Notes under the pieces: generated by a model
What the model was told of the DNA's origin: nothing
The model's database searches: none
Seen by the model: the letters and a program-made list of their open reading frames with translations, nothing else
From: an uncultured Bacteroidales bacterium
GTDB lineage: Bacteria > Bacteroidota > Bacteroidia > Bacteroidales > VadinHA17
NCBI GenBank assembly: GCA_963750735.1
Contig: CAVVRY010000014.1
Coordinates: forward strand, 74,571-138,570
Length of the DNA stretch: 64,000 nucleotides
Direction: 5' to 3'
Shown: positions 29,501 through 36,708 of the stretch, piece by piece
Position numbering within the stretch: the stretch's first letter is position 1
How the letters are laid out: every line of letters begins with the position of its first letter
Translations under genes and position numbers: made by a program

Positions 29501-30036
29501 TTGGGAATTCCCTTTTGGATGAAATTAGAAATAACTATAAAATCACCACTGCCAGCACAATTCTAAATAGGTTAAGAAGAAACCTAAAAGTAGCCCTTCA
29601 TCAAACAGGTAGGGATTACGAGACCAAAGATGGAATGGATATGAGTTTGTGTATTTTTGACAAAAAATCCTATTTGTTGCAATTTGCAGGAGCATATAAT
29701 CCACTTTATATAATCCGGGATGGTGAATTGAGGATAATCAATGGAGATAAAATGCCTATTGGAATTCATTATCAAAAAGAAACCCCATTTACAAATCATA
29801 AGATCAGGCTTAAATCTCAAGACTCTATTTACTTATTTACTGATGGCTACACAGATCAATTTGGCGGACCAGAGGATAAGAAATATAAGATAATTCGTTT
29901 TAGAAACCTTCTATTGAAAATTCATCGAAAATTAATGCACCAGCAGAAAAAGATAATTGCAAGAGAATTAAATGAATGGATGGGAAATAACGACCAGGTT
30001 GATGATATATTAATAATGGGACTCCGAGTTAAATAA
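26569..30036 (+). CDS. Membrane sensor protein: periplasmic two-component-regulator beta-propeller repeats + Y_Y_Y domain + TM + coiled coil + PP2C/SpoIIE phosphatase domain
   Basis: 1155 aa with a signal anchor and propeller-like repeats. The Y_Y_Y-type segment reads HQYYIENFDQDWRSW...YKLHIRARN and the TM is FYILIAFGILGFLYLIVIL. A coiled coil follows, then PP2C motifs SGDFYWV, ADCTGHGVPGAFMS, FTDGYTDQFG and DDILIMGLRV. Confidence 0.85.
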   Translation: MKDRFFYIFKIRRISSFVFLAFLCNISIQIFAQEGIPFMTNFNIPSEFSSQNWGMVQEENGALLFANRRGIISFNGVDSEGWKYLEPDIIPYSIAKDPFTGKIYVGSNSDFGFIERNKFGDFEYSSLAEKDMHYGEITDIAFTEEAIYFYSASCIAKLEKNSPGSAVCLESKQGEVFAGFFVHKSKLYVNIKQKGIYLEKNNSLLPISEGSLLDNVSISFFLPFNDNETLVATSNSFLYLFNGHEFKDYVIKDEDYIFNAVVSDGIRISDNRIALATLTGGCLIIDTKSNETNFILNYQSGLPDDEIYAIASDKGNGLWLTHEFGATRIDLNLPVRQYNSFPGLEGNLSEVIQFKGKIYVSTSEGVFYLEKVRNYSQTMITVEKSQIKTQDQIKIESNNDAETGLVKNGHTKQVNGSANNKEKKGFFARLFNKKDNSKEEDKSKANEKPEIIEPNLIYSPTPSRQKYTRKSIRRLESISYKFSKVANLNAKCKQLISFKGRLLVASNIGLFQIVNYKSEFIIGNAYINSIYPSISYPDRLYVGTHTGLKTVDFIDESVIVNHNYLPLESPVYSILENNNSLWLGSDTKAILTIPAKVKPAVQKEYEISSLYSENVFVKDIAGESTFFTSSGIFRFNDEEDKIERMNSPLFNNMEFIRYIFPRDGSIWVNDRGTWITLNQKDEIESRQVTYLRLFENIRYLKSDENKNLWVIDGLNHISQILYTDSLPQKESANVYIENIINKNGERLSLNNLNLEKEELPLRVSILTPFYLRPELVDHQYYIENFDQDWRSWTDDRYIEIPYLPPGDYKLHIRARNVLGKISSAVVTDFYIKEPKPAFTDSIWFYILIAFGILGFLYLIVILRERKLLSDKKILESKVLERTEEIARQKGEIEKQKDEISHQKQEMTDSIAYGKRIQSAILPPKDTLREIMPEFFIYYKPRDIVSGDFYWVSEKDNKVIIAVADCTGHGVPGAFMSILGNSLLDEIRNNYKITTASTILNRLRRNLKVALHQTGRDYETKDGMDMSLCIFDKKSYLLQFAGAYNPLYIIRDGELRIINGDKMPIGIHYQKETPFTNHKIRLKSQDSIYLFTDGYTDQFGGPEDKKYKIIRFRNLLLKIHRKLMHQQKKIIARELNEWMGNNDQVDDILIMGLRVK

Positions 30037-30254
30037 TAAATATATAGTTCCACAATAATTACAATCTGTTGTATAATATGAATGATAACTTTTACTGTAA
30101 CAAATAATACATAATATACCTATTTTTGATATGTTCGGTGCTTTTAACATGAAAAGGTACACATATAAACAAGTTACCACCAATGCCCGAAAACCAGATT
30201 GTCTGTATGTTTTTCAATGTTTATTATACAATTTAGATTTTAAATGTAAAGTTT

Positions 30255-30287
30255 TTTGCAATTTCTATACAGAATAGTTTATCTTTG
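30255..30287 (+). promoter_or_regulatory. Candidate Bacteroidota promoter for fic (-33 TTTG, -7 TATCTTTG)
   Basis: TTTG at 30255-30258 and TATCTTTG at 30280-30287 are separated by 21 nt. The -7 box lies within the inverted repeat ctataca-N14-tgtatag (30265-30292). The ATG is at 30315. Confidence 0.45.
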
Positions 30288-30314
30288 TATAGATAATTTA
30301 ATAATCTTTACATA

Positions 30315-31388
30315 ATGAAAAATTGGAAACTAGCTGAACTGCCGTTAAATATTGATTTAGAGACTAAAAAGGTTTTAAAAGCTTTGCCATCAGCACACGC
30401 TGCCTTGGCAGAATTGAAAGGGATTGGATCTACTATTCCGAATCAAAGTATCCTAATAAATACTCTTGGATTACAAGAAGCAAAAGACAGTTCTGCCATT
30501 GAGAATATTATAACAACACATGATGATTTGTATAAGTCAGAGCTAAACTTGGATTCATTTAGATCTCTCAATGCCAAGGAAGTTCAGAATTATATTTCTG
30601 CACTTAAGAAGGGATTTGAATTGATAACCAAAACTAAGCTGTTAACAAATAAGACTATTCTACAAATTCAGGAAGTGCTTGAGGACAATAAGGCAGGATT
30701 TAGAAAATTGCCAGGAACAGCCTTGAAAAATGCTGCTTCTGGAGAAACAATTTATACACCACCTCAAGATTACGAGGATATATTGAATTTAATGGGAAAT
30801 CTTGAAAAGTATATCAATAATTCGGATATGCAAGATTGTGACCCATTGATAAAAATGGCAATAATTCATTTTCAATTTGAAAGTATTCATCCTTTTTATG
30901 ATGGTAATGGTCGTACAGGTAGAATAATTAATATTTTGTATTTGATAATAGAGGAACTGCAAACACTTCCAATTTTATACTTAAGTAAATATATCATTAA
31001 ACACAAATCTGAATATTACAGATTCCTTCAAAAAGTGAGAGATGAGAACTTATGGGAAGATTGGATTCTATTTATGATAAAAGGAGTTGAAGAAACATCA
31101 AGAGAAACTATTAATCTGACTTTTAAGATTAAACAATTAATGCTTGATTTCAAACATAGACTTAGAGATAATTATAAATTTTATAGTCAGGATTTATTAA
31201 ATAATTTATTTAAACATCCTTATACAAAAATTGAATTTATAGTCAATGATTTAGGTGTTTCCAGATTAACAGCAGCTAATTATTTAAATAAATTATCTGA
31301 AGATAAATTGCTTAGGAAAGAAAAATTAGGAACAGGGAATTACTATATAAATGAAGAGCTATTTGAACTTTTAACTAAACGATACTAA
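30315..31388 (+). CDS. Fic-family protein (AMPylase-type), class II with N-terminal inhibitory helix and C-terminal winged-helix domain
   Basis: 357 aa. It carries the canonical Fic motif HPFYDGNGRTGR and an [ST]xxxE[GN] inhibitory motif (SSAIEN) upstream in the same chain. The C-terminus is wHTH-like (GVSRLTAANYLNKL). Confidence 0.9.
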   Translation: MKNWKLAELPLNIDLETKKVLKALPSAHAALAELKGIGSTIPNQSILINTLGLQEAKDSSAIENIITTHDDLYKSELNLDSFRSLNAKEVQNYISALKKGFELITKTKLLTNKTILQIQEVLEDNKAGFRKLPGTALKNAASGETIYTPPQDYEDILNLMGNLEKYINNSDMQDCDPLIKMAIIHFQFESIHPFYDGNGRTGRIINILYLIIEELQTLPILYLSKYIIKHKSEYYRFLQKVRDENLWEDWILFMIKGVEETSRETINLTFKIKQLMLDFKHRLRDNYKFYSQDLLNNLFKHPYTKIEFIVNDLGVSRLTAANYLNKLSEDKLLRKEKLGTGNYYINEELFELLTKRY

Positions 31389-32010
31389 GCACTGGTGGTA
31401 ACATATCTAGTTCAACATTTAACTGCTCAATTAATCTCTCTTGAGTAGTCCTAATAAACTCACTCTCACCCTCTATAAAACAGTCCTGTAGATCTTTAAT
31501 ACTGTTCTTATATGCTGTACGATGTCTAAGTAATTTATTACGCAAAGACAATAATTGACGTAACTGACCAACCTCTGGTGCATGGAGTTTTGTTGGAATG
31601 AGTTCATCTCGCCTTCGATGAGCATAATTGGCAATCATTTTGGCATCCTTCTTATCAGACTTGCCCCTGGTAAGCCCCCTGGATTGCTTTATATCCATAG
31701 CCGGTACCTTGGCAAAGACAATTGAGCTCTCACTCATGAAAATACTTAACAGCCAACTGTATCTTCCTGTGTGTTCAAAACAGAAAAAAAGGTGATCCCT
31801 GTTGCATTCCAGTTTTCTACAACAGGTCTCAAGTAGCTTTGCAAAACCTACTGGATTATTCTCAACAGTAAAGTGATATGATGCAGTCAAGATAAATACA
31901 TCAAGAACATTTTTTGAGACATCAATACCGATTAATTCTTTGTTTTTCAAGCGGTCATATGCAATGCGGGGTTTGCTTGTGAGCTGAAAACTAGTACCTT
32001 TAATATACAT
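31375..32010 (-). mobile_element. IS110-family transposase gene remnant (DEDD N-terminal domain only; C-terminal HhH domain missing)
   Basis: 211 aa containing LIGIDVSK, CFEHTGRY and GKSDKKDAKMIA (DEDD catalytic signature). The ORF stops just where the Transposase_20 domain should begin. It overlaps the 3' end of fic convergently by 14 nt. Confidence 0.75.
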
Positions 32011-32200
32011 TTTACTAATTCTGAAGGTAGTTGTTTATGTTATAGAACGTTAATTGCAATAACGCTGAACAGGTTATTATGCTTGCCCCACACTTGTATG
32101 TCTGACTATTTGATGGAAATATTTAAAAAAACAAAAACAGGTATTTTTTACAACTTGTTTTAAATGGGTACTAAAAAATGAAGCGTGTTTGGATTTTATT

Positions 32201-32704
32201 CTATTTAGGGTGGATTGAGAAAGAGTAATCTACTTCTATGCCATTTGGTAATTTAGGTATAGCAGCATGATATTGAAAAATAGAAAAAACTGCCCCAACA
32301 GTATCTACCAAAATATTTAGAGTATAATCTATTTGAGGGAATTCACAATTTAAATAAACCGTTTGTAATTCTAAAGTCCCATCTCCATTGACTCGTTTCT
32401 TACCCATAAGAAGGGTATAATCATCAAAATTCAAATTTGGCAAATCACAATTACAATCAACCAAAGCATCAAATTGGACTTGATTGTCTATTCTGAAGTA
32501 TAAATTACCATAGATGTCTAATTCACCTATTCCCTCTTTCAACCAGCAATCTATTGAATCACTTAAAAAAACATCATCAAATGTCATTATTGGCAATTTA
32601 CCAGATTCCATGCCTTCACATGGATCATCCTGCTCTTCGGAACATGCTATACATGTTATGATAAGAAGGAGAACTAAAATAAGTTTGAATATTTTATTCA
32701 CCAT
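32201..32704 (-). CDS. Hypothetical lipoprotein
   Basis: 167 aa with a lipobox (LLLIITCIAC) and Cys-rich mature part. I recognise no family. Confidence 0.5.
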   Translation of the reverse strand: MVNKIFKLILVLLLIITCIACSEEQDDPCEGMESGKLPIMTFDDVFLSDSIDCWLKEGIGELDIYGNLYFRIDNQVQFDALVDCNCDLPNLNFDDYTLLMGKKRVNGDGTLELQTVYLNCEFPQIDYTLNILVDTVGAVFSIFQYHAAIPKLPNGIEVDYSFSIHPK

Positions 32705-33192
32705 AAGTAGTAGGAATTTGGGGCAAATATATTATAACAAAATTTATACCATTCTTGAACCCAAATGGTATATAACATTCTTGCGCTTGTGCAGTATAAA
32801 ACATTGCATATGATCACATATTTGACGCAGGAATTAAAAAACTCTATACAAATATCCGTTGCAATCTGGTTAATCTCTTTTACTGTTAATAGGATGAATC
32901 TGTCCAATTGATTTAAAGGTTAAAAAAATTAGACTAATCAAAATGATAGAATTTTTCATTCCATATATGCTTAATTAGGTGAGATTAGAGTAAATTAATC
33001 AAGATTTTTTACCCTTTTCCACTCTTCCTTGAGAATTAATTTAGTTACTCCTAAAATCTCGTTTTTAATTCTTCATAGCATATTCCTTTAATCTGGCAGT
33101 TGCTATTCGAACATCTTAAATATGAATAGTCGTAACATGATGGATAATGGTGCAATAACTCCGAGTCACTATTCACAATTTTCCTTTTGAAT

Positions 33193-35556
33193 TTATACCT
33201 CTTGGTGCTCTGTTCTGCGAATTATCTCATCCTGCAAATCCTCACCCAGATCGTTAAAATAATCACTATATCCGGCTACGCGCACAATTAGGTCACGATA
33301 TTTCTCAGGATTCTTCTTTGCATCTTTTAAAGTTTCTGCATTTACAACATTAAACTGAATATGATGTCCATCCAAACGGAAATAAGATCGGACAAGATTT
33401 CCCACCCTGGCGATACTGGAATCATTCTCAAAAAATTGCGGGGCGAATTTCTGATTCAACAATGTTCCCCCCGTTTTGATTTGATCAATTTTTGCTGCAG
33501 AACGAATAACTGAAGTAGGTCCTTTCCTATCGCTTCCCTGTACTGGAGATATTCCTTCTGATAAAGGCTGATTTGCATTCCTTCCATCAGGAGTAGCACC
33601 AATCACACTGCCAAAATATACATGAGAAGTGGTTGGAAGCATATTAATTCTGAATGTGCCTCCCCGGGCAGTCGGCCTTCCATTTACAGAGTCATAGAAC
33701 ATTTCAAATACCTTAACTGCTTGTTCATCAGCATAGTCATCATCATTGCCAAACTTTGGAGTTTGATAGATAAACGAATGCTGCATTTTTTCCTTTCCTT
33801 TAAAATCATCTTTCAAGGCTTCGAGAAGTTCTGGCATGGATACTTTTTTAGTATCATATACATTGTGTTTTATAGAGGTAAAACTATCAGTCAAACTTCC
33901 AAGACCTACTCCCTGTATATAGCTGGTATTGTATCTGGCACCGCCAGCATTATAATCTATACCATTGCTTATGCAATCTTCAATTAACACGGATAAGAAG
34001 GGAGCAGGTAAATAACTGGCATATATCCGTTCAATAATATTATTTCCTTGAATTTTAATATCAATAAAATGATTCAATTGCTGAGTGTAAGCAATCAGTA
34101 GGTCATCAAAGTTTTTGAATTCAGCAGGATTTCCTGTTTGAAGACCAATCTGCTTGCCTGTGCGTTGATCATAACCATTATTTAGGGTAATCTCAAGAAC
34201 TTTGGTTAAGTTAAAATATCCCGTTAAAAAATAAGCCTCCGTTCCAAATGCTCCACTTTCAACACATCCACTTGCACCACCATTTCTTGCGTCCTCAATG
34301 GATTTACCCTGCCTAACCAACTCCTGAATAATCGCATCGGTATTAAAAATAGAGGGTTGACCAAAACCTGTTTTTACAACTTTAATAGCACGTTGTAATA
34401 ATTTCTCAGGATTCTTCTTGCTTATTTGCAACATCGAAGAAGGTTGGAGTAATCTCATTTCTTCAATTACGTCGAGGATAATAAAACTTAATTCATTTGA
34501 AGCATCAGAACCATCTTCCTTAACTCCACCGACATTTATAAGTGAGAAATCTGTATATGTATTGCTTTCAAGAGCGGTAACTCCAATTTTAGGCGGCGCA
34601 GGATGATTGTTAAACTTCACCCAGAAGCATTGAAGAAGTTCGTATGCTGAATCTTTTGTTAACGAACCATCATTAACTTCCTTTTCAAAAAATGGAAACA
34701 GGTGCTGATCAAGTCTGCCAGGATTAAACGAATCCCATGGATTCAATTCGGTAATCACCCCTAAATGTAAAAACCAGTAATATTGCAATGCTTCATGAAA
34801 AGTTTCAGGCGCATAAGCCGGAACCCTTGAACAAATATTAGACATATTCTCAAGTTCTATCTTCCGTTCGGGATCGGTTTCTTTTCCGGCTAAATCTTTT
34901 AATTTATTGGCATGCCGTTTTGCATAAGAGATTAAGGCTTCAGCAGCAATTTTCATTGCTTTGAGCTCTTCTCTTTTATCGTATGCTCTTAGATCATTAA
35001 TAAAATCGAGTTTTTCTATTGATTCATTTATCTCATCAATAAATGACAACATTCCTCTTTTAAATACTTTGCCTCCAAGCACTGTATGGCCAGGTGATCG
35101 CTGTTCCTGGAATTCGGTAAAAATCCCAGCCCGATAAGCACTATGCCAATCAGAAGACATCGAATTCATTATCCTGTCTCTATTCGTCTTGCCTTTCCAG
35201 AAGGGTATGATTACATCCTCAAAAGCTTTCCTGGTTGGTTCATCAACTTTAAAAAATACTTTTTTTCTGGAATTCAATATTTCCAGATCCTCCAGAGAAT
35301 GCAATGTAATTTCAGGATAAGTGGGCGTAGCTTTGGGCGCTGGACCCCGCTCCCCAACAATCAATTCCATATCATTAATACATATGTATTTATTTTCAAG
35401 TATGTATTTTAATGCTTGAGCCCGTTGGACAGGAATACTTACCTTACCAGCCTCATCACTTTTATAGTACTCAGTCACCAATAAACCTCTTTCAGCTGAA
35501 ATTTTATTGACAGCAGTCAGACTTAATTCTCTTAATTTCTTAACTCGTTCTTTCAT
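33193..35556 (-). CDS. Glycyl-radical enzyme, PFL2 / glycerol-dehydratase-like class (substrate not assignable from sequence)
   Basis: 787 aa. The C-terminal glycyl-radical motif is LIVRVAGYSDYFNDL and the thiyl loop is GASGCVESGAFG (a single Cys followed by Glu, not the PflB Cys-Cys pair). An activase gene lies immediately upstream. Confidence 0.88.
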   Translation of the reverse strand: MKERVKKLRELSLTAVNKISAERGLLVTEYYKSDEAGKVSIPVQRAQALKYILENKYICINDMELIVGERGPAPKATPTYPEITLHSLEDLEILNSRKKVFFKVDEPTRKAFEDVIIPFWKGKTNRDRIMNSMSSDWHSAYRAGIFTEFQEQRSPGHTVLGGKVFKRGMLSFIDEINESIEKLDFINDLRAYDKREELKAMKIAAEALISYAKRHANKLKDLAGKETDPERKIELENMSNICSRVPAYAPETFHEALQYYWFLHLGVITELNPWDSFNPGRLDQHLFPFFEKEVNDGSLTKDSAYELLQCFWVKFNNHPAPPKIGVTALESNTYTDFSLINVGGVKEDGSDASNELSFIILDVIEEMRLLQPSSMLQISKKNPEKLLQRAIKVVKTGFGQPSIFNTDAIIQELVRQGKSIEDARNGGASGCVESGAFGTEAYFLTGYFNLTKVLEITLNNGYDQRTGKQIGLQTGNPAEFKNFDDLLIAYTQQLNHFIDIKIQGNNIIERIYASYLPAPFLSVLIEDCISNGIDYNAGGARYNTSYIQGVGLGSLTDSFTSIKHNVYDTKKVSMPELLEALKDDFKGKEKMQHSFIYQTPKFGNDDDYADEQAVKVFEMFYDSVNGRPTARGGTFRINMLPTTSHVYFGSVIGATPDGRNANQPLSEGISPVQGSDRKGPTSVIRSAAKIDQIKTGGTLLNQKFAPQFFENDSSIARVGNLVRSYFRLDGHHIQFNVVNAETLKDAKKNPEKYRDLIVRVAGYSDYFNDLGEDLQDEIIRRTEHQEV

Positions 35557-35598
35557 CTCTTTTAATTTATTTAAAAATAAAGAAACTGTAAATAATAT

Positions 35599-36396
35599 CT
35601 ACCCTCCTATCTGCACCTGGAAATCTTTCTCTTCAAATGAATTTTTAATTTCATCAATATTCAAACCTGATGTGGTATCTATTTCTTTCATTCTATTGAG
35701 AAGTTTAAATTTTTCATATTTATGATCTGCAATATTATGATATGGTAAAAGATCTACTTTCTTAATTCCTGGCAAATCTTTTTTTAAATAAGATTGCAAT
35801 GCGTTTATATGTATTTCATTATTATTCACTCCAGGAATTACCGGGAAGCGGATAATTATTTTTTTATCTTTTTCGTAAAGAAACTTTAAATTCTCAAGTA
35901 TTAGTTTATTTGAAACTCCGGTATACCTCTTGTGCAATTCATCGTCAAGGTGCTTAATATCAAAAAGGAATAAATCAACCTTATCCATTACTTTTGCAAT
36001 AACTTCTTTTGGTGCAAACCCGGTAGTATCTAAAGAAGTATGAATTGAACTTTGGTTACATTTCTTTAAAATCTGATTCAAGAAGTCATATTGCTGCAAT
36101 GGTTCTCCTCCTGAAAAAGTTACACCGCCATCAGAGTCTTCAAAAAACACTCTTTCTTTTTCGATCTCCTGCATTATCTCTTCTACAGTCATCCACCTAC
36201 CCACATCTTCCTCTACCTTAAATACATGTCCATTAACTTTCTGATCACGAATAATTTTTTCCGGTTTTGAACTCCTACTTTCAGGATTATGGCACCACCA
36301 GCAGCCAAGGGGACATCCTTTAAAGAAAACAGTTACGCGAACCCCAGGCCCGTCATGTATTGCAAATCGTTTGATATCGAAGACCAAACCCTTCAT
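35599..36396 (-). CDS. Glycyl-radical enzyme activating protein (radical SAM), short form without ferredoxin-like insert
   Basis: 265 aa. Motifs are DIKRFAIHDGPGVRVTVFFKGCPLGCWWCHNPE (CxxxCxxC) and GGVTFSGGEPL. There are only 4 Cys in the whole protein. Confidence 0.9.
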   Translation of the reverse strand: MKGLVFDIKRFAIHDGPGVRVTVFFKGCPLGCWWCHNPESRSSKPEKIIRDQKVNGHVFKVEEDVGRWMTVEEIMQEIEKERVFFEDSDGGVTFSGGEPLQQYDFLNQILKKCNQSSIHTSLDTTGFAPKEVIAKVMDKVDLFLFDIKHLDDELHKRYTGVSNKLILENLKFLYEKDKKIIIRFPVIPGVNNNEIHINALQSYLKKDLPGIKKVDLLPYHNIADHKYEKFKLLNRMKEIDTTSGLNIDEIKNSFEEKDFQVQIGG

Positions 36397-36651
36397 ACGT
36401 TTAAAAAATTAATGGAAAAGAAAATAATAAGTAATTATAAGAGAGTACAGAAATGGTTTTGATTAACCATTTATCCGGCACATGTTCACCAGATCCAGCA
36501 TTCAAAAAGACGAGGATAGAAAGCTTTTTTATACTTTTTTATATGTATATCAGAGGAATACATGAAACAAATATAGTGTTTTTAATAATACAAATCCCAG
36601 TTAGAAGTCAATTAGACTTACCTAATTCTTAACAGTAAGATCGATTTAATT

Positions 36652-36690
36652 AAAAAAATAAAGGCTGTACAATTTGCACAGCCTTTATTT
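36652..36690 (-). terminator. Rho-independent (potentially bidirectional) terminator after pepD
   Basis: A 9-bp stem (aaaggctgt, 36660-36668, pairs with acagccttt, 36678-36686) is followed by a T-run on the minus strand. The plus side is also T-rich. Confidence 0.7.
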
Positions 36691-36708
36691 TAAATTTAAT
36701 AAACCATT

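Noticed and set aside
33193-35556. Pyruvate formate-lyase (PflB) call for the glycyl-radical enzyme
   Set aside because: The thiyl loop has a single Cys followed by Glu (GCVE) rather than the adjacent Cys-Cys of PflB. The N-terminal region resembles the PFL2/dehydratase class, and no focA-like formate channel is adjacent.
33622-35725. Plus-strand ORFs 33622-33987, 34418-34606, 35143-35412 and 35507-35725 over the GRE/activase genes
   Set aside because: All are antisense to strongly supported radical-enzyme genes. Their translations are low complexity and lack motifs.
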